From positions 53,694,001 to 53,758,000 of the forward strand of contig NC_058382.1 of NCBI RefSeq assembly GCF_018350175.1: 64,000 bases of DNA, in the 5' to 3' direction. This stretch comes from Felis catus (lineage: Eukaryota). Below the pieces are notes generated by a model that worked only from the letters and a program-made list of their open reading frames with translations, was not told the origin of the DNA and searched no databases. A program made the translations under genes and the position numbers. Positions 10,636-23,786 of this stretch are shown one piece after another (the stretch's first letter is position 1; each line of letters opens with the position of its first letter).

Positions 10636-11243
10636 GTTTTTCAATCACTTGCTAAGATGAGTGGGTGGGTTTTTGCCTTTGCCAATTTAGGTTGCTAATT
10701 CTGACTCCTGGCTCTGACATTTACCAACTGTACAGGATTGACATTCGCTCTTAATTTCTGACTCTCTCAACTACATTGGGACGATGAGATACAACACAGA
10801 AAGTACCGAGCCCAGGACCAGGTCTAGAACAGTGAAAACCCTCACGTGTCGAAAGAGAAGAAGAAGACGCTCTGGGAGCCTACAAGACTGCACTCAGCCC
10901 CAGCATTACTTGTAACGCTTGAGGCTCCTTGTTGAGTTACTCTGCCCATTCTGTTATCAGGTGTCTCGTCTTTGAAAGTGAACTCATGCTTACCTTGTAG
11001 GAAGGTGAGATATACAAATAACCAGTCCCCTAACCTATTGACAGCGACTGACCAAATGTTAATTTCCTCTCTCCACATACCAGTTAATCAGGGTCGTGCT
11101 CCTGAAGCAGATCGGTGCATGGACGAGCCACAAAATGGAGTGGCGTTCGTTTTCAATTCCAGTGAGAAAACAAATTCAGCTAAATCTAGCTTCCGTTTTC
11201 ATTACCTCCCTCAGAATTTCCACATCTTTGTTCATCTTCGATG

Positions 11244-11578
11244 CTGGGGACAGCACGCTATGGCCCGGAGGCCCAAAAGAACCCACCACCCACACTTTTT
11301 GTACAACTCGTGAGCTCCTAACGGCTTTGTGGTTTTTTAATGGTTAGAGAAAAATCAAAAGAAGAAGATTATTTTGTCATGTGAAAATACCTGAAATTCA
11401 AACTTCAGGGCTCACCAGTACAATTTTATTGGAGCACGGCACGCTCCCCAATATGGATTGTCTACGGCTGTTTTCAGGATACGAGGGCGGAGCTGAACAG
11501 TTGTGACAGAGGCTTTGCGACCCGCAAAATGGAAAACATTTACTACCCGGCCCTTTAAGAAAAGTGTGCCAACCCCTG
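11244..11578 (+). mobile_element. MER58B-like hAT-Charlie non-autonomous DNA transposon
   Basis: ctatggcccg...aaaatcaaaagaagaa...tttattggagcac...ccctttaagaaaagtgtgccaacccctg follows the MER58B layout with terminal repeats. Confidence 0.85.
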
Positions 11579-12529
11579 CTCTGGTTTGCCAGTTTGACCT
11601 TTAATTGTGTTATTTCTGCCATCATCCCCTTAATGAACTGCAATTTTTATTTCCAAGAACTCAAATTGGTAACAACTAAGTTGTCCTTGTATTAATGTTA
11701 TGATGTCCCACTGAATCAGCCAAGGGATATTAGATAAGTTTCAACTTATCTGTTTCCTCTGTTAAGTCTACTTCCTTGTACATTACCTTTTCTATTTGAA
11801 TTTTATTTCTCCTTTCCAAAGGCCAGTTCCCCTTCAATGTTGTTATTTCTTGATTGTCTACGGCCGTGGGTAGTTGGGATGGCTGGGAGTCAGGACTAAA
11901 CAGTGTTTCCCACAGGCCGAATGAGCCTCCCTGACCATCTGTTGATGGAGGCATGTCCGGAATATATGAGCTTCCTCTCTGGCATATAGAGAAAGGGATG
12001 GGCTGAGTGTGAGATTAACTTCTCTTCCTACAGGGGAAGGGGGAACCTGCTCATCACTCTTAGGGCTTCTAAGTCACCTGGGATCATTTACTTCTCCATT
12101 TCCTGCACCCCACTCTGGAAATCTCCTCAGTCCAGCCCTCTGAGTGATGAGTCCTTGAGTGAAGGTACACTGAGGGTCACCATAGGGTTCCTAAAATATC
12201 CAAACTTTCGTACAGAACGTGTAATTTTCTGGAAGACGTTGCACGGCCTGCATCAGTTCCCTAAAGGAATCTATGTCTGCCCACCCCCATTCCCAAAAAA
12301 GGTGAAGAATCACTACACTCACTGTGGAAATGAAGGCAGATCATGAACTGAGGGTATCTCATTCAGTTGCAGATGGTGAGCAGCTTGGGGGCCAAGAACA
12401 AGGAAGGCCCTCCTTATTTCTGAATCACAAGAGCCCAATGAGTTACATCAAAGGAAAGGGAACAGACAGACAGGAGCTGGTCCCCCAATATTATGAAAGT
12501 CAGCAATATGCCAGAAATGGTTCCAGGTC

Positions 12530-12710
12530 CTCCTGCATCGTTGGTCTCATTCACTCCACATAAAGCCATAAAAATGGCGATGTTCACATGTTACAGATGA
12601 AGAAATTGAGGCTCAGAAGAGTTGGATGCCGTCCCTGTCAGACAAGCCTGAGCCAAATCTGATAAGAAGCCTCCAACCGTAGGTCTTGCTCATCCAATGG
12701 AACTTCAAGC
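12530..12710 (-). mobile_element. MIR
   Basis: tgttacagatgaagaaattgaggctcagaaga core. Confidence 0.7.
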
Positions 12711-12844
12711 ACTTCTGACTGCTTTATTTCCCCGAGTTTAAAACCCCGGGGAAATTAAACCCAGAGGGACTGAGCTTCCTGCCGTTGTCCAAGCGGCAGC
12801 AGGGAGAGCCAATCGGACCTGGACGCTCTGGTCCTGGACCTGCA

Positions 12845-13300
12845 TTTTAATCCCCAAACGCTACCGCCTCCCCATAACGAGAGTCACCTTCCCTTTAATT
12901 AAAATTCCCCTACCAATGTAGACATTCCACTTTTACTAATAATTACTTGGAGAGGATTTTTAGCAATCAGCACTACATAAATATCCGTACCTCCTCTAAG
13001 ACCGTAAGAATTGCAGTGCCCTTCCCTCCCCCTAGTTTATTATTTATATACTGCTGCAGATAGACAGAGCTCTTTGTGGCAATTAAGATGGGCCTTCCAG
13101 TCTCCTTCTGCGGAATGAGGCTGGAGACGATCATTACACCACTTCGATCACAATGACTATTAATTGGAGAGCTCTCCCTTCTCTATAAAATATGTACTAT
13201 GCGAAAGTGCGATAAACCGCCCAAGGAATATGAACTACATGTATTGTGAGGTCTCCTGATTTAACAAGTCATTTGCCCTGTAATTACTGGGGTTGGCGGG
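12845..13300. promoter_or_regulatory. Candidate developmental enhancer or conserved non-coding element
   Basis: Repeat-free block with TAATCC (12848), TAATTA (12896, 12940, 13281) and TAATTG (13161). Confidence 0.35.
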
Positions 13301-13445
13301 GGGACGGGGGAATCCTCTTAACGGGGCAGTGGGTGACATGCTCCCAACAGCCAGGGCTCGGGCTCCAAGCTGAAATGACTTTCCCATGGTAAAACAAACC
13401 ATGGGCTGACAGCAAAGGACTCCACAGAGGACACTGGGGTTTCCA

Positions 13446-13738
13446 TTTTTATTTATTTATTTGTTTGTTTGTTTATTTATCTTTTAAATTTTTTAAAGCT
13501 TATTTATTTTGAGAGACAGCAAGCATGAGCAGGGGAGGGGCAGAGAGAGAGAGAGTGAGAGAGAATGAGAGAGAGAGAGTGAGAGAGAATGAGAGAGAGA
13601 GAGAGAGAGAGTCAGAAGCAGGCTCTGCACTGTGAGCGTGGAGCCCAAGGTGGGGCTTGATCTCACGAACTGCGAGATCATGACCTGAGCTGAAATCAAG
13701 AGCCTGCTGCTTGACCAACTAGGCCACTCAGGTGCCCC
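13446..13738 (-). mobile_element. Can-SINE
   Basis: Head ...gccactcaggtgcccc; long (GA)n; T-rich tail. Confidence 0.95.
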
Positions 13739-14365
13739 AAGGCCTTTTTATTTTTAATACAGTTGGAGAACCAGCAGGTATCCCTTGGTTCATGAGATCC
13801 CGAGGCCTAGCTCAGAAGAGCCAAACTTCCCACCAATTTATCATTTACACATTTTTTTGACCCTGTTGCGGGGCAATGCCAGGTCAATTGACTTTGAGTC
13901 ATAGAGTGAAAAGAGCCATTCCAGAGAAGACTATTGGCTGTAAAACAAAACAAAACGAAACGCAGCAAAACAAGGCAAAAACAGGAACTGCCACCTGCCT
14001 GCTGAAGTTAAAACTTAGACTCCCACAAAGAAAGAGCTGCTAAGGAGCAAAGATCAGTGGAGAGATGGCGTTCTCAAAGGCTGGGGCATCAAAGCCCATT
14101 TAGAGTTGGGAGAGGGTCCCTCTGAACGGACAGGACCCTGGCTGGTGTGCCAAAAGTGTGACCCAGTCAGTCGGTCCTCTCAAATCCCTCAACCAAGAGG
14201 GCTGACCTTCTCCCTCATTCTTATCGATTATCTCCACCTCTATCCTGTGGTTCTGTGCAATTAACAGGCTGGCCTCTGCATCGGAATTTTCAGAGCAGCA
14301 TGTGAAGGGACTCAGCTGTTCTATGACCAATGTCGCCGGCTTCTGGGTTAAAAAATGTGTAACAC

Positions 14366-14492
14366 GGGGGTTCCTGGGTGGCTCAGTGGGTTGAGCGTTC
14401 GACTACTGGTCTCGGCTCAGATCGTGATCTTGTGGTTCATGAGATAGAGCCCCACACTGGGCTCCACGCTGACAGTGGGGAGCCTGCTTCTG

Positions 14493-14548
<56 letters not shown>

Positions 14549-14605
14549 TCTCTCTTTTTCCCTATCCCACTCTCAGTCTCTCAAAAGAAATAAATAAACA
14601 AAAAG
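14366..14605 (+). mobile_element. Can-SINE
   Basis: Head gggggttcctgggtggctcagtgggtt; long (CT)n; TSD aaatgtgtaacacg / aaatttgtaacacg. Confidence 0.95.
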
Positions 14606-14789
14606 AAATTTGTAACACGATGTTCCCTCCAAGAAATCCATGACCTGGTTTACCGTCAGAGGCAGCCGAGGAACTCAGACACTCAGGACCAGGATTGCAC
14701 CTAAGCCATCGTCAAGAGAAAGCGGCAGAACAAGGCGAGCCAGCCTCTCCTCACAAGACTTGGGAGGCAGACACAGGGAGGCTCAAGCT

Positions 14790-14980
14790 TTAACTTCACT
14801 ACTTCCTGTGTGAACTCAGGAAAGATGTTTCATTTCTCTGGGACTCTGTTTCCATGCCTGAGAAATGGAGAGAATGCTAATGGTCTCGTCCTCACTTTGT
14901 AAGGCTGCGGTAAGCCTTGGAGAATTCTAGAAGCCTTTCGGCCAACTGTACCCTTAAGATGGTAAGAATTATGATTATGC
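14790..14980 (+). mobile_element. MIR
   Basis: cactacttcctgtgtgaactcaggaaagatg...ctctgtttccatgcctgagaaatggag. Confidence 0.65.
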
Positions 14981-15264
14981 GTCTATGATCAAGTTTTTTT
15001 TTTTTTTTTTTTTTTTCCCAGAGGAAGGTTTCTCAACGTGGCTGCCTATCGGAACTGTTTCCGAGTCATCAAAAAACACATGTGCCCCACTCCAGAAAGT
15101 GGGGTTTCTGATTTCTGGGCACAGTGAACTGGACACAGTCAAGGGGGGAAACCACGGCTCTAAGAAGAGCACTGTAAGCATAGGTGTTGATAATTTCAAC
15201 TGAAATCTCACTTTGTCCTCAAGAAACCTCCACCCACCCCTACTATTTTATTAAGGTGGGTTTC

Positions 15265-15497
15265 TTTTTTTTTTTTTTTTAATTTTTTTTTCAACGTTTT
15301 TTATTTATTTTTGGGACAGAGAGAGACAGAGCATGAACGGGGGAGGGGCAGAGAGAGAGGGAGACACAGAATCGGAAACAGGCTCCAGGCTCCGAGCCAT
15401 CCGCCCAGAGCCTGACGCGGGGCTCGAACTCCCGGAGCGCGAGATCGTGACCTGGCCGAAGTCGGACGCTTAACCGACTGCGCCACCCAGGCGCCCC
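15265..15497 (-). mobile_element. Young felid Can-SINE
   Basis: CpG-rich near-consensus copy; perfect 13-bp TSD taaggtgggtttc (15252-15264 / 15498-15510); long poly-T. Confidence 0.97.
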
Positions 15498-16154
15498 TAA
15501 GGTGGGTTTCATTTAAATGCACTGCTCTATCTTCCATCTTTGAATATAATCAGCAATGGCATTATCTTAAAATATAAAGCATGGCCCCAAGTCCCTCGGC
15601 ATACAGCAAAACCAACCTGCGCTGTGCAGAGAACGCAACTGGAAGCCGAAATCTGCAGGGAGGTTTAAGGGAGAGAGATCCAGCCGCGAAGGAAGCGCAT
15701 GGGTTTGGATATGGCCATTGGTGCTCCTACTAGGAAGATTCTGAATTACCAGGGAGAGAAGCTCATCCCAACCATCAGAGGACAGGCCTTCTTGATAAAG
15801 TAAGAGGAGGGCAGTAGCCAAATGGACACTGTGCCAGGCTCTGCGTTTATCGTTTTACTGGGGGACGGACGCTCCGACCCACATTACACACCTCATTCGG
15901 TTCGACCTCTGCACGGTTCCATGACATGGCTGCTATTAACCCATTTTATACCTGAGCAAACTGAGGGGGTGAGCATATGGGAAACCTGCCCAGGGCCACA
16001 GAGCTGGTGGGCATTAAAATCCAGGGTTTCCTACTGCTGAGCCCAATCCCATAGCTAGTGTACTTGGTTTAACTGCACTTACTCCGAACTGCAAGGATAT
16101 GGTGGGAGGACAAGATGGTCTCAGACAGTGGGCTTCAATTAGAAAAATCTGCCT

Positions 16155-16355
16155 GGGGCGGCTGGTGGCTCAGTCGGTTAAGCATCCGACTTCAGCTCAG
16201 GTGATGATCTCATGGTTCCGGAGTTCGAGCCCTGCATCGGGCTTTCTGTGGTCAGCACGGAACCTGCTTCAGATTCTCTGTCCCCCACCCCCACCCCCAC
16301 CCCACCCCAGCTTGCGCACTCTCTCTCTCCAAAATAAATACACATTAAAAAAAAA
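16155..16355 (+). mobile_element. Can-SINE
   Basis: Head ggggcggctggtggctcagtcggttaagc; TSD agaaaaatctgcct / agaaaacctgcct. Confidence 0.95.
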
Positions 16356-16842
16356 GAAAACCTGCCTGCCCGGGTCAATGACGCTGTACTCACAGATCCT
16401 TCAGCATCCCCTTTATCCCTTTCGCGAACAACCGTGGGGTTACTGGGAGAGGGCAGAATTTTCTGAAATCGCAAATGAAGCCTAGTGTCTCAGCACCCGT
16501 AAGGTCTGATGGGGACTGGGGGCTCCCCTCCGTCTTGTACCCATGCCATGTAGAACATGTGGCCTCCACGGTCACCGTTGCAGAAAGAGAGATCGTGATA
16601 GAGGTGTGGGAGGCTGCACCAGACGGCCTCGCTCTCAGGGTCCCAGGGGAGAACAGGAAGAACACACACACAGGATTTCGTGTCTGTCACAGCAGCTGGG
16701 CGGACTCCTAGGCACCGGCGCATCGCACGAGTGTCAAACTTTTATCTCTTACGTCCTCTGGTCTCTTTATCCAAACCCAAACCAAACCAACCAACAGAAA
16801 CGGGGCCAGTGCCCGCACATGGGCAGAAACAAGAATGCCACC

Positions 16843-17793
16843 AGGTCAGTGTCCTGGGGCTGCTACCACGGAGGATCACACGCTGGAGGGCTTAAAGTAG
16901 AAATGTGTTCGCTCGGGTTCTGAAGGCAGAACGGCCGGGTCCCCTGAGCCGCTGGGTGGGATCCTGCCATTGGTAAAGTTTCGGGGTGATGGTGGAGGTT
17001 CGTGGGGTTTGGGGCTGACGGCCAAGAAAGAATTTTCGAAGACGTCTTCGGTTCAAACAGGTGATTTCATTGAAGCACATGGACAGGACCAGCGGGTAGG
17101 AAGAGCTGCACTGGGTTATGCAGAGTGGCTTGGGTATATACTACGGGGGCTGGGGGAGGTGAAGCCAAAAGGGAAGTTTCCAGAGAGACTTTCATATGCT
17201 GAAGACTCACCGATTACTGGAGGCCTAGCTATTGTCAAGCTAAGGTTGCTTTTCCCTCTAGCAAAGCATTAACATTAAGACCCTAGGGAGTTTCTGGGCT
17301 TTAGGCTATTGATGGGTTAGCCTTTTTCTTGTCAACTGGTGCAGACTCTCACCAGTTTAATAACTTGGTTTTTTGCCCTTTCCTGTTTTGGGGGAGCCAG
17401 GAGTGTGCAAGGAATATCACAGACATCCCCCCCTGGGGTGGGGGGGGGGGAGGGACTAGCTTGTACTTTGCCCTTAAGCTCCATCAGCTCCGTGGATTCC
17501 TCCAGCTCCTGGTGGTGGCCCTCAATCCCTGGCCTGCACCACATCTCTCCCATCCGTGCTCCCGTCGTCACACAGCTGTCCTCACGTGGCCTTCCTTCTG
17601 TGAGTGTGTGTCCAGACTGCCCCTTTTCCTAAGGCCACCACTCATAATGGACCAGGGCCCACCTTAAGGACCTCACCTTAACTTGGTTCAATCTACAAAG
17701 ACCCTGTTTCCAAATAAGGTCGCCTTCTGAGGTCCTGGGGGTGAGGACTAACGTCTTGAGCGTGCACCGCGGGGCACGATTCAACCCATAACA
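16843..17793 (-). mobile_element. MLT1B/C-like MaLR LTR, split by a younger LTR
   Basis: tcctggggctgctaccac...ggcttaaa on the left; ccagctcctggtgg...aaagaccctgtttccaaataaggtc...gcacgattcaacccataaca on the right. Confidence 0.8.
16921..17486 (-). mobile_element. Carnivore ERV-like solo LTR
   Basis: TG...CA ends; gacggccaagaaagaatt...gacgtctt and gtcaagctaaggttg...agcattaacattaaga resemble carnivore ERV1 LTRs; possible 4-bp TSD gttc/gctc; left boundary uncertain (16921 or 16987). Confidence 0.65.
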
Positions 17794-17837
17794 CCAATTT
17801 TTCATAAGATCGGCATCTGCCGGTTTAAGGCATATTA

Positions 17838-17919
17838 CACTGACTGTGACTGTCAAATCACGACAGTCCCCATGGTGCCACTGACTGTGCCTGTCAAATC
17901 ACGACAGTCCCCGTGGTGC
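17838..17919. repeat. 41-bp tandem duplication (2 copies)
   Basis: cactgactgtgactgtcaaatcacgacagtccccatggtgc / cactgactgtgcctgtcaaatcacgacagtccccgtggtgc, 2 mismatches. Confidence 0.95.
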
Positions 17920-19764
17920 TGGGGAAGGGCCTACGTACGACGAATTCCCCGTATTCCACATCCACACGGCCGGCCAAGGGCCTCGGCCCTGCTGCATCTG
18001 TAGGCTCATATAGTTAGATGCAGGTGGACAGATTGAAAGGAAATAATGAGGTACATTGGTGTTAACTAAATAAAAATATTTTTTAAAATCCCTTCTGTAT
18101 ACATTCTGGCTTTTCTATAACAGAAAGCACTGTTTCAGGGTTTAAAAACTCTGCACCTGTCGTCTGCGTTCACCGAACTATTTTCCATACCGGACCTTCA
18201 GCCGACAGACTTACGGAGACGGAATCGGGTTTCTGGCCGTCTACTCCCTTGACTCGTCCTCCGTTATGGAGAGCCACTCCCTGCCACCCGGTGGTCCGCC
18301 CAAGGCCCACAAGAGGACACTGTGACTGGATAGTTTTGCCTGTCACGTTTGGGCTCCGGGCACTCCGCGAGTGACTCACGGAGTGGCCTCCGACATGTCG
18401 CTGGAGCCTGAGTCCAGTGTCTTTCTGGGTTAAACAAAAGGCTTTTCACGCTCCAGACCCACTGCAAACATCCCAGAGCTACTTCGGGTCGGCTTGATGC
18501 TCTAAGAGGGCTTGCGCGCGTTTCATTCAGATAGGGACTTTTGAGAAATATGAAGCTTTTATACAGATTTGAGCCAGACAAACAGTGACGAGGGACAGAA
18601 ACAAGGCTATGGCGCGTGTATTTAGTGGTATCATCGAGGGCGTTACTAATTATCGCTACCCCTGAAAATCTGAATGCAATCAAGTAATAGGAGACAAACG
18701 AAACAGACCCGGGTGTCAGGAGCTCGCTTTCTGACAGTAAGGGACAAATGAGCCCAGCCAGGTCTCTGTGCCCTGAACCAGGGGCTCGGAGCAGTGACGG
18801 GAACTTGGAGGAAGCCTGCTTCTCTCTCAACTGTCAAGGCTCGGTCTTTATCGTCAGCCTCCTTCCAGGCAGTCCCACCTTTAATAGGACTGAACAAGCC
18901 ACTCAGCCGTCCTACCTCCTACCTGGAGAGTTCCTGTCTCAGGGGACGCCGCCCAAGGCCTGGTGACACAAAATGCCCCATGGCACTCTCTCTGGACTGC
19001 CTGGGAGTTACCCCTGTCGGTAAAATTTGCATACATCGCCAGGCTGCTCCGTCCACGCCCAGAAGTGCCTCTGGGCCCCGGAGTCTGCAGTGGGTTCCTG
19101 CAGCCGGGTGTTACCGGGCTGGAAGCGGGCCTCACTGAGACAGTCTGCTCCCCGAGAGGCCCTGGTGCCAAGCGCCTGAGATTAAAAATGACAGGCTGCA
19201 TTGAAATGTAAATTTACCAGTGAAAAGCAAGTCTTCGCTGGTGGAAGTTTACCTCCCAATAATCTGCAGCTCCCTGCAGCACTGCTTGGGGTGAGGCCAG
19301 AACCCCCACCCGACTCAACGCAGCCTCTACTTAATGCCCTCGTATTTCAGAGTGGACAGGGAAGGAAGGAGCTGGGGTGGGGACACGCCCGACCTCAGGG
19401 AACCTCACACCGTATGTCGATTGACCCCACTCGATACTTTTTCTGGGGTGAGAGAGATACCTACCTACACGGTGCACATACACACAGACATTCCGATGGG
19501 ATCGGGCGAAATCAGACACACCGGGCTCCTGCCTGCCCGCAGGCACACGATCTCCTATAACACAGCCACCTCCGTGCGTTCACGCGCACACGTGCATATA
19601 TGTAAGTGTGCGTGTGCTGACACACTTACAGGAGTAGGAAGCCGTGCTGGGGGTGTGGGGACACCTGGAGGGGACCTGCCAGGGCTCTCGACCCAGCTTC
19701 CCCGAGACGTGCGATCTTGGGCGAGCAAATTCCAGGCCACGCCAGGCCCATATCACACCAAGAG

Positions 19765-20225
19765 GAACTAGCCAAACACGGAAGACAAATTCTGAGCGGT
19801 TTCCTTTACATGTGGGATCTAAAACTGTCCAACTCACAGGAGCCGAGAGCGGACGGCAGTTGCCAGGGGCTGGGGGAGGGGTACTCTGTAAGTTTTGCAT
19901 CGTGTAAAGCATTTCTGGAGATCTGCTATACAGCAGAGGGCTATGGCTAGCAATACTGCGCTGTAGATGTAACATTTTCTAAGAGGGTAGATCTTAGGCG
20001 AAGTTCTCAGGTCAGAAAACGACAACAACAACAACAACAATAGTAAGAGCTGGAGGAAGCGTTGGGAGAAGGTGGGTGTCTCTATAGCCTTGATGGTAGT
20101 AACAGGTTCGCAGGTGAACACTGATCCTCAACTCATTGAGTTGCAGACACTAAATATGGACAGTATTAAAAAAAAAAATAGGGACAGTGATTGATGTGTC
20201 GATCATACCTCAACAGAGTGTTTTT
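19765..20225 (+). mobile_element. L1M (L1MB/MC-like) 3' UTR fragment
   Basis: agccaaacacggaagacaaattctg...ctaagagggtagatctta...gtcgatcatacctcaacagagtg matches old L1 3' ends. Confidence 0.8.
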
Positions 20226-23183
20226 CTTTGAAAAGAAGAAAAAGCGAGCACAATCATTATACCTGTCCTCTGCTTTTCTTCTGTGGTATAACCAAGGAAA
20301 GAAACGGAAGTGCGTGGCAAACCACAGACACTCAGATTGCCGATATCATCGTCATCATCGCCATCATCATCATCACCAGCGCCACCATCACGCCTGTATT
20401 TCCCCCGAAGGACACCAGTGAGTGAACAAGCCTCTGAGCTATCTGCTCCTTCCTGGAGAGCTCTCCGATTGGAACTGCCTATCACCTCCGGCGGACTGAC
20501 AAACTGCCCAGACAGGTGACACGGCTGAAGAATCAGAAACAAAGTTTCTGCTCGCTGGTGTCTGGCTTTAAATGCACGAAAAGGACGCCATGACCACGCC
20601 ACAAGGAGAAAGGACTCAGCCTGTATCTGCAAGGAAGCTTTCTGATGCGGAAGCTCCTGTAAAGGCACCCAGGGTCCAGGAGAACGGCTCTTACTACTCA
20701 GACATTACAAAGCCGTCTAAGGGGCAGAACATGACCGATGAAGACGTGAGAAGATCTGGTCCCCGCCCTCCCGTGGGGCACCCCAGTGAGGGGGCAAGTC
20801 TGCACACACACCAGGCGAGTGGGGAAGGGTCAGTGCTTGCAGAAGGGAAACACACAGAGTCATGAGAACCCTAGCGAGGGGGCACGTATGCCTCCTCACT
20901 GGGGGAGGAGCAGGTGCATGGGGTGTCCCTGAGGGGGGCTTTACAGATCAGGGAGATGCTGGCTGGGGTTGACGATGTGGATGGTCCTGCCGTGATTGAG
21001 GTGGGGAGGGTGTCCCTGGCACACTTAGGGCTGTGGCTGCAGCTCAGGGTTATTAGATAGGGACAGCTCGGCACAGAACAGGGAGGCAGGCGGGAGAGAG
21101 TTCTTCCACTGCTCGTGCTGGGTAATCGGGTGCTACATACAGGTCACCGAAATGGAAAGCGGCCTTCAAAATCATCCTCGGTGTCTTTATCATGGCCACA
21201 GCCACACTATCTTCAAAGCTCACCTCTTCCGAGAAGCTTCCCCTGACTCCCTGCTATGGTGACCCTTCCGCCACGGCCACGTGTCTTGACGCAGCTGTGG
21301 AACCTGTGGCTCATAGTCCCAAGGCCCTATCCAGAGAACACCGCTCGAGCTCAAGAATGATGCCCCGAATGGAAAGAATCAGGCCATTTCCAAAAGGCCA
21401 ATTATGGTGGGGGAAGATAACTCATTGCTCCTTTTTTATTATTATTATAAACATCCAGAAGCACATATCCACGCAGACTTACTGAGCACCTGTGGGGTCA
21501 GGAGGAACCCAGCCCCTCTCTCCTGAGTGGCAGCTGTCGGCCTTATCAGGAGGCCCAGAGCCTGCTCCCAGGGCACCTGGGTGGGAGCAGAGGAGCCTAC
21601 GGCCCACCCACCAGGGAGCGGGAGAACAGGCCTTCTCCTACAATTGTGGCCTTCACAATTGTGAATTCAAATAACCCGGTTACATAACATGGCATTTGTG
21701 ACGGCCCATTGTTCTGGCCAGCCCTCTCTGCTTTTGTCCCCTGCTCTGTGCCGGACCCTGAACGCACACCCATGCAGGGCCCACGTGGTGATCTGCATTC
21801 TCCTTTTCCCCTCTGCTGAAACGGATCCCTGCACCCACCAGTTATTTACCCATATTCCAGTTTCCTCCTCCACAGCATGCCACAGTGTTGTCCAACTAGC
21901 TAAACTTAGAGAAGAGGAATCTAGGGGAAGAAAGGTAGAAAGAGGAGCTTGCCTGAGAGCTCTGCAAACAGTTGGTGGGGGGTGGGGGGAGAAGGCAAGA
22001 GAGACTCTAGTTCACTGCGAGCGGACGGAACCGTCTCTCCCTCCCTACGTGGCTCACTTTATGATGTCAGCTCACACATCGCTCTAATGAAAACATCCCG
22101 TTGCCTCTGTGTGCCAGGGTGCTGTTTTGCCTTGAATATTGATCTTCCGTGTTCGGCGACAAACTGTTTTCTCTTACACAGTTCTCTGAAAAAGCACAGG
22201 AAAATAAAAATAAAAAAATAAAATAAAATAAAAAAGAGGCCACAGACATGCTGGCCAAAGTTACACGTCCTTTGGGAAGTTTAAAACGAAAGGAGCAATG
22301 CACACTCAATGAAACCAGAAGCGCGTTCAGAGATTTCTACCTTTGGCTCCTTGGCAAGGCTTGAAAAGAACAGATGCAGGGAACAAGGCTGTTGTTAAGT
22401 CTCGCTTTGTCTACCTGGAGCTGCTGACTCAACGGTTTTGATGGAACAGATCGTCTTGTTCCTGAGCGCGCCATGGCGAGCAGTCCGCTGCGAGTCAGCG
22501 ACAGGGATGACTGAACTGGCTGCGGTCTGACACCTGCGGACGCATCGCCGCTGAGCCGTGTGGCCCTCCCGGTTTCCAAATAGCATCTCCAGTTGGGATG
22601 CCCAACCATTTCCTTCAGGATCTGGCTCTGCATTGCAGGATCTATGGTGGGCGTCACCCATCGGGTTCCCAGAGCCAGGAGCATGGGTTGACCTGACCTA
22701 GTGAAGTGGTCTGAGTGGCAAAATGTGAGAGCTGGGTTCATGGTGATGTCTTAGCTCCTTCTTGCTGGAGTTCATTCACTCAGGAACCCAATGGGATAAA
22801 GATCGATCACTGTGCAGTGGACATGAATTCAACACTTTAGAGGTGTTATATCACTTAATCCTCCCAAGAGCCGATTATCCCAATTTTATGGATAAACACA
22901 GTGCAGCCTAGAGAGGTTAACTGGGCCAACTCAAGGCCAAACAACTACCAAGGGAGGAAGAAGGATGTTGAATTTGGGAAGGCTGATGCCAGGGGCCAAT
23001 AGTCAAAAGGAGAAATACCTATGCCCCATCCAGTCTTTCCCTCAGGAAACATATTTTGGTCCCTTTCATGTTTACTTGTTTGATGGAAAAGTAAAACAAT
23101 GCCCTTTGTTTTCACAGCGAAAAAAGTGGCGGAGCGAAACCCCAACAGTGTGATATACTGTAATGTCTTCACGGGTAGAAGTC

Positions 23184-23786
23184 GTATTAATCTTTTATTG
23201 CACTGTGACGAATTATCACAAACTCCATGGCTTAAAATGACACCCACTATTACCTGAAAGTCTCCACAGGTCAGAAGTCCAGATGGGACTGACAGGGTGC
23301 TCCGCCTAGGGTCTCACAAGGCCAGAGTCAAGGTGTGAGCCAGGCAAGACTCTACCACGAGCTTCTAGGAAGGAATCTGCTTCCAAACTTAGGTTGTGGG
23401 CAAAATCCAGTTTCCTGCTGTTGTAGGACTGAGGGGTTAGCTTCCTCCCTGGCTGCCGGTGGGGCCCCTCTCTGCTTCTCAAGGCTCCTCTGGGGTCCTC
23501 ATCACATGGCCTCTTCCGTCTTCAAAGCCAGCAATGGCACATCAAGTCCTCCTGGTGCTTTCAATCTCTCTGACTTCTTTCTGCCACCAGTCAAAGGAAA
23601 CTCTCTGACTTTTAAGGGTTCATCTGATGGGGTCAAGTCCAACTGGATAATTTCTGTATGTTTCGGGGACTTCGGACTTTACTTACATCTGCAAAACTCC
23701 TTTACAGAACCTAGATCCTCATTTGACTGAATAATCAGGGGATAGGAATCTTGGTGGGGGACATCTTTAGAAATGTGCTTACTACA
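23184..23786 (-). mobile_element. MLT1E-like MaLR LTR
   Basis: gtattaatcttttattgc...ggtctcacaaggccagagtcaaggtg...cttcaaagccagcaatgg...tacatctgcaaaactcc...ttactaca. Confidence 0.8.

Noticed and set aside
17838..17919. Hairpin-containing direct repeat as CRISPR-like
   Set aside because: Two adjacent copies with no spacers, in mammalian DNA.
18264..18830. Longest ORF in the track (188 aa, minus strand)
   Set aside because: No recognisable domain or exon structure; expected by chance in GC-rich DNA.
20191..20668. His-, Asp- and Ser-rich ORFs
   Set aside because: Products of a degenerate (CAT)n repeat at ~20341-20390.
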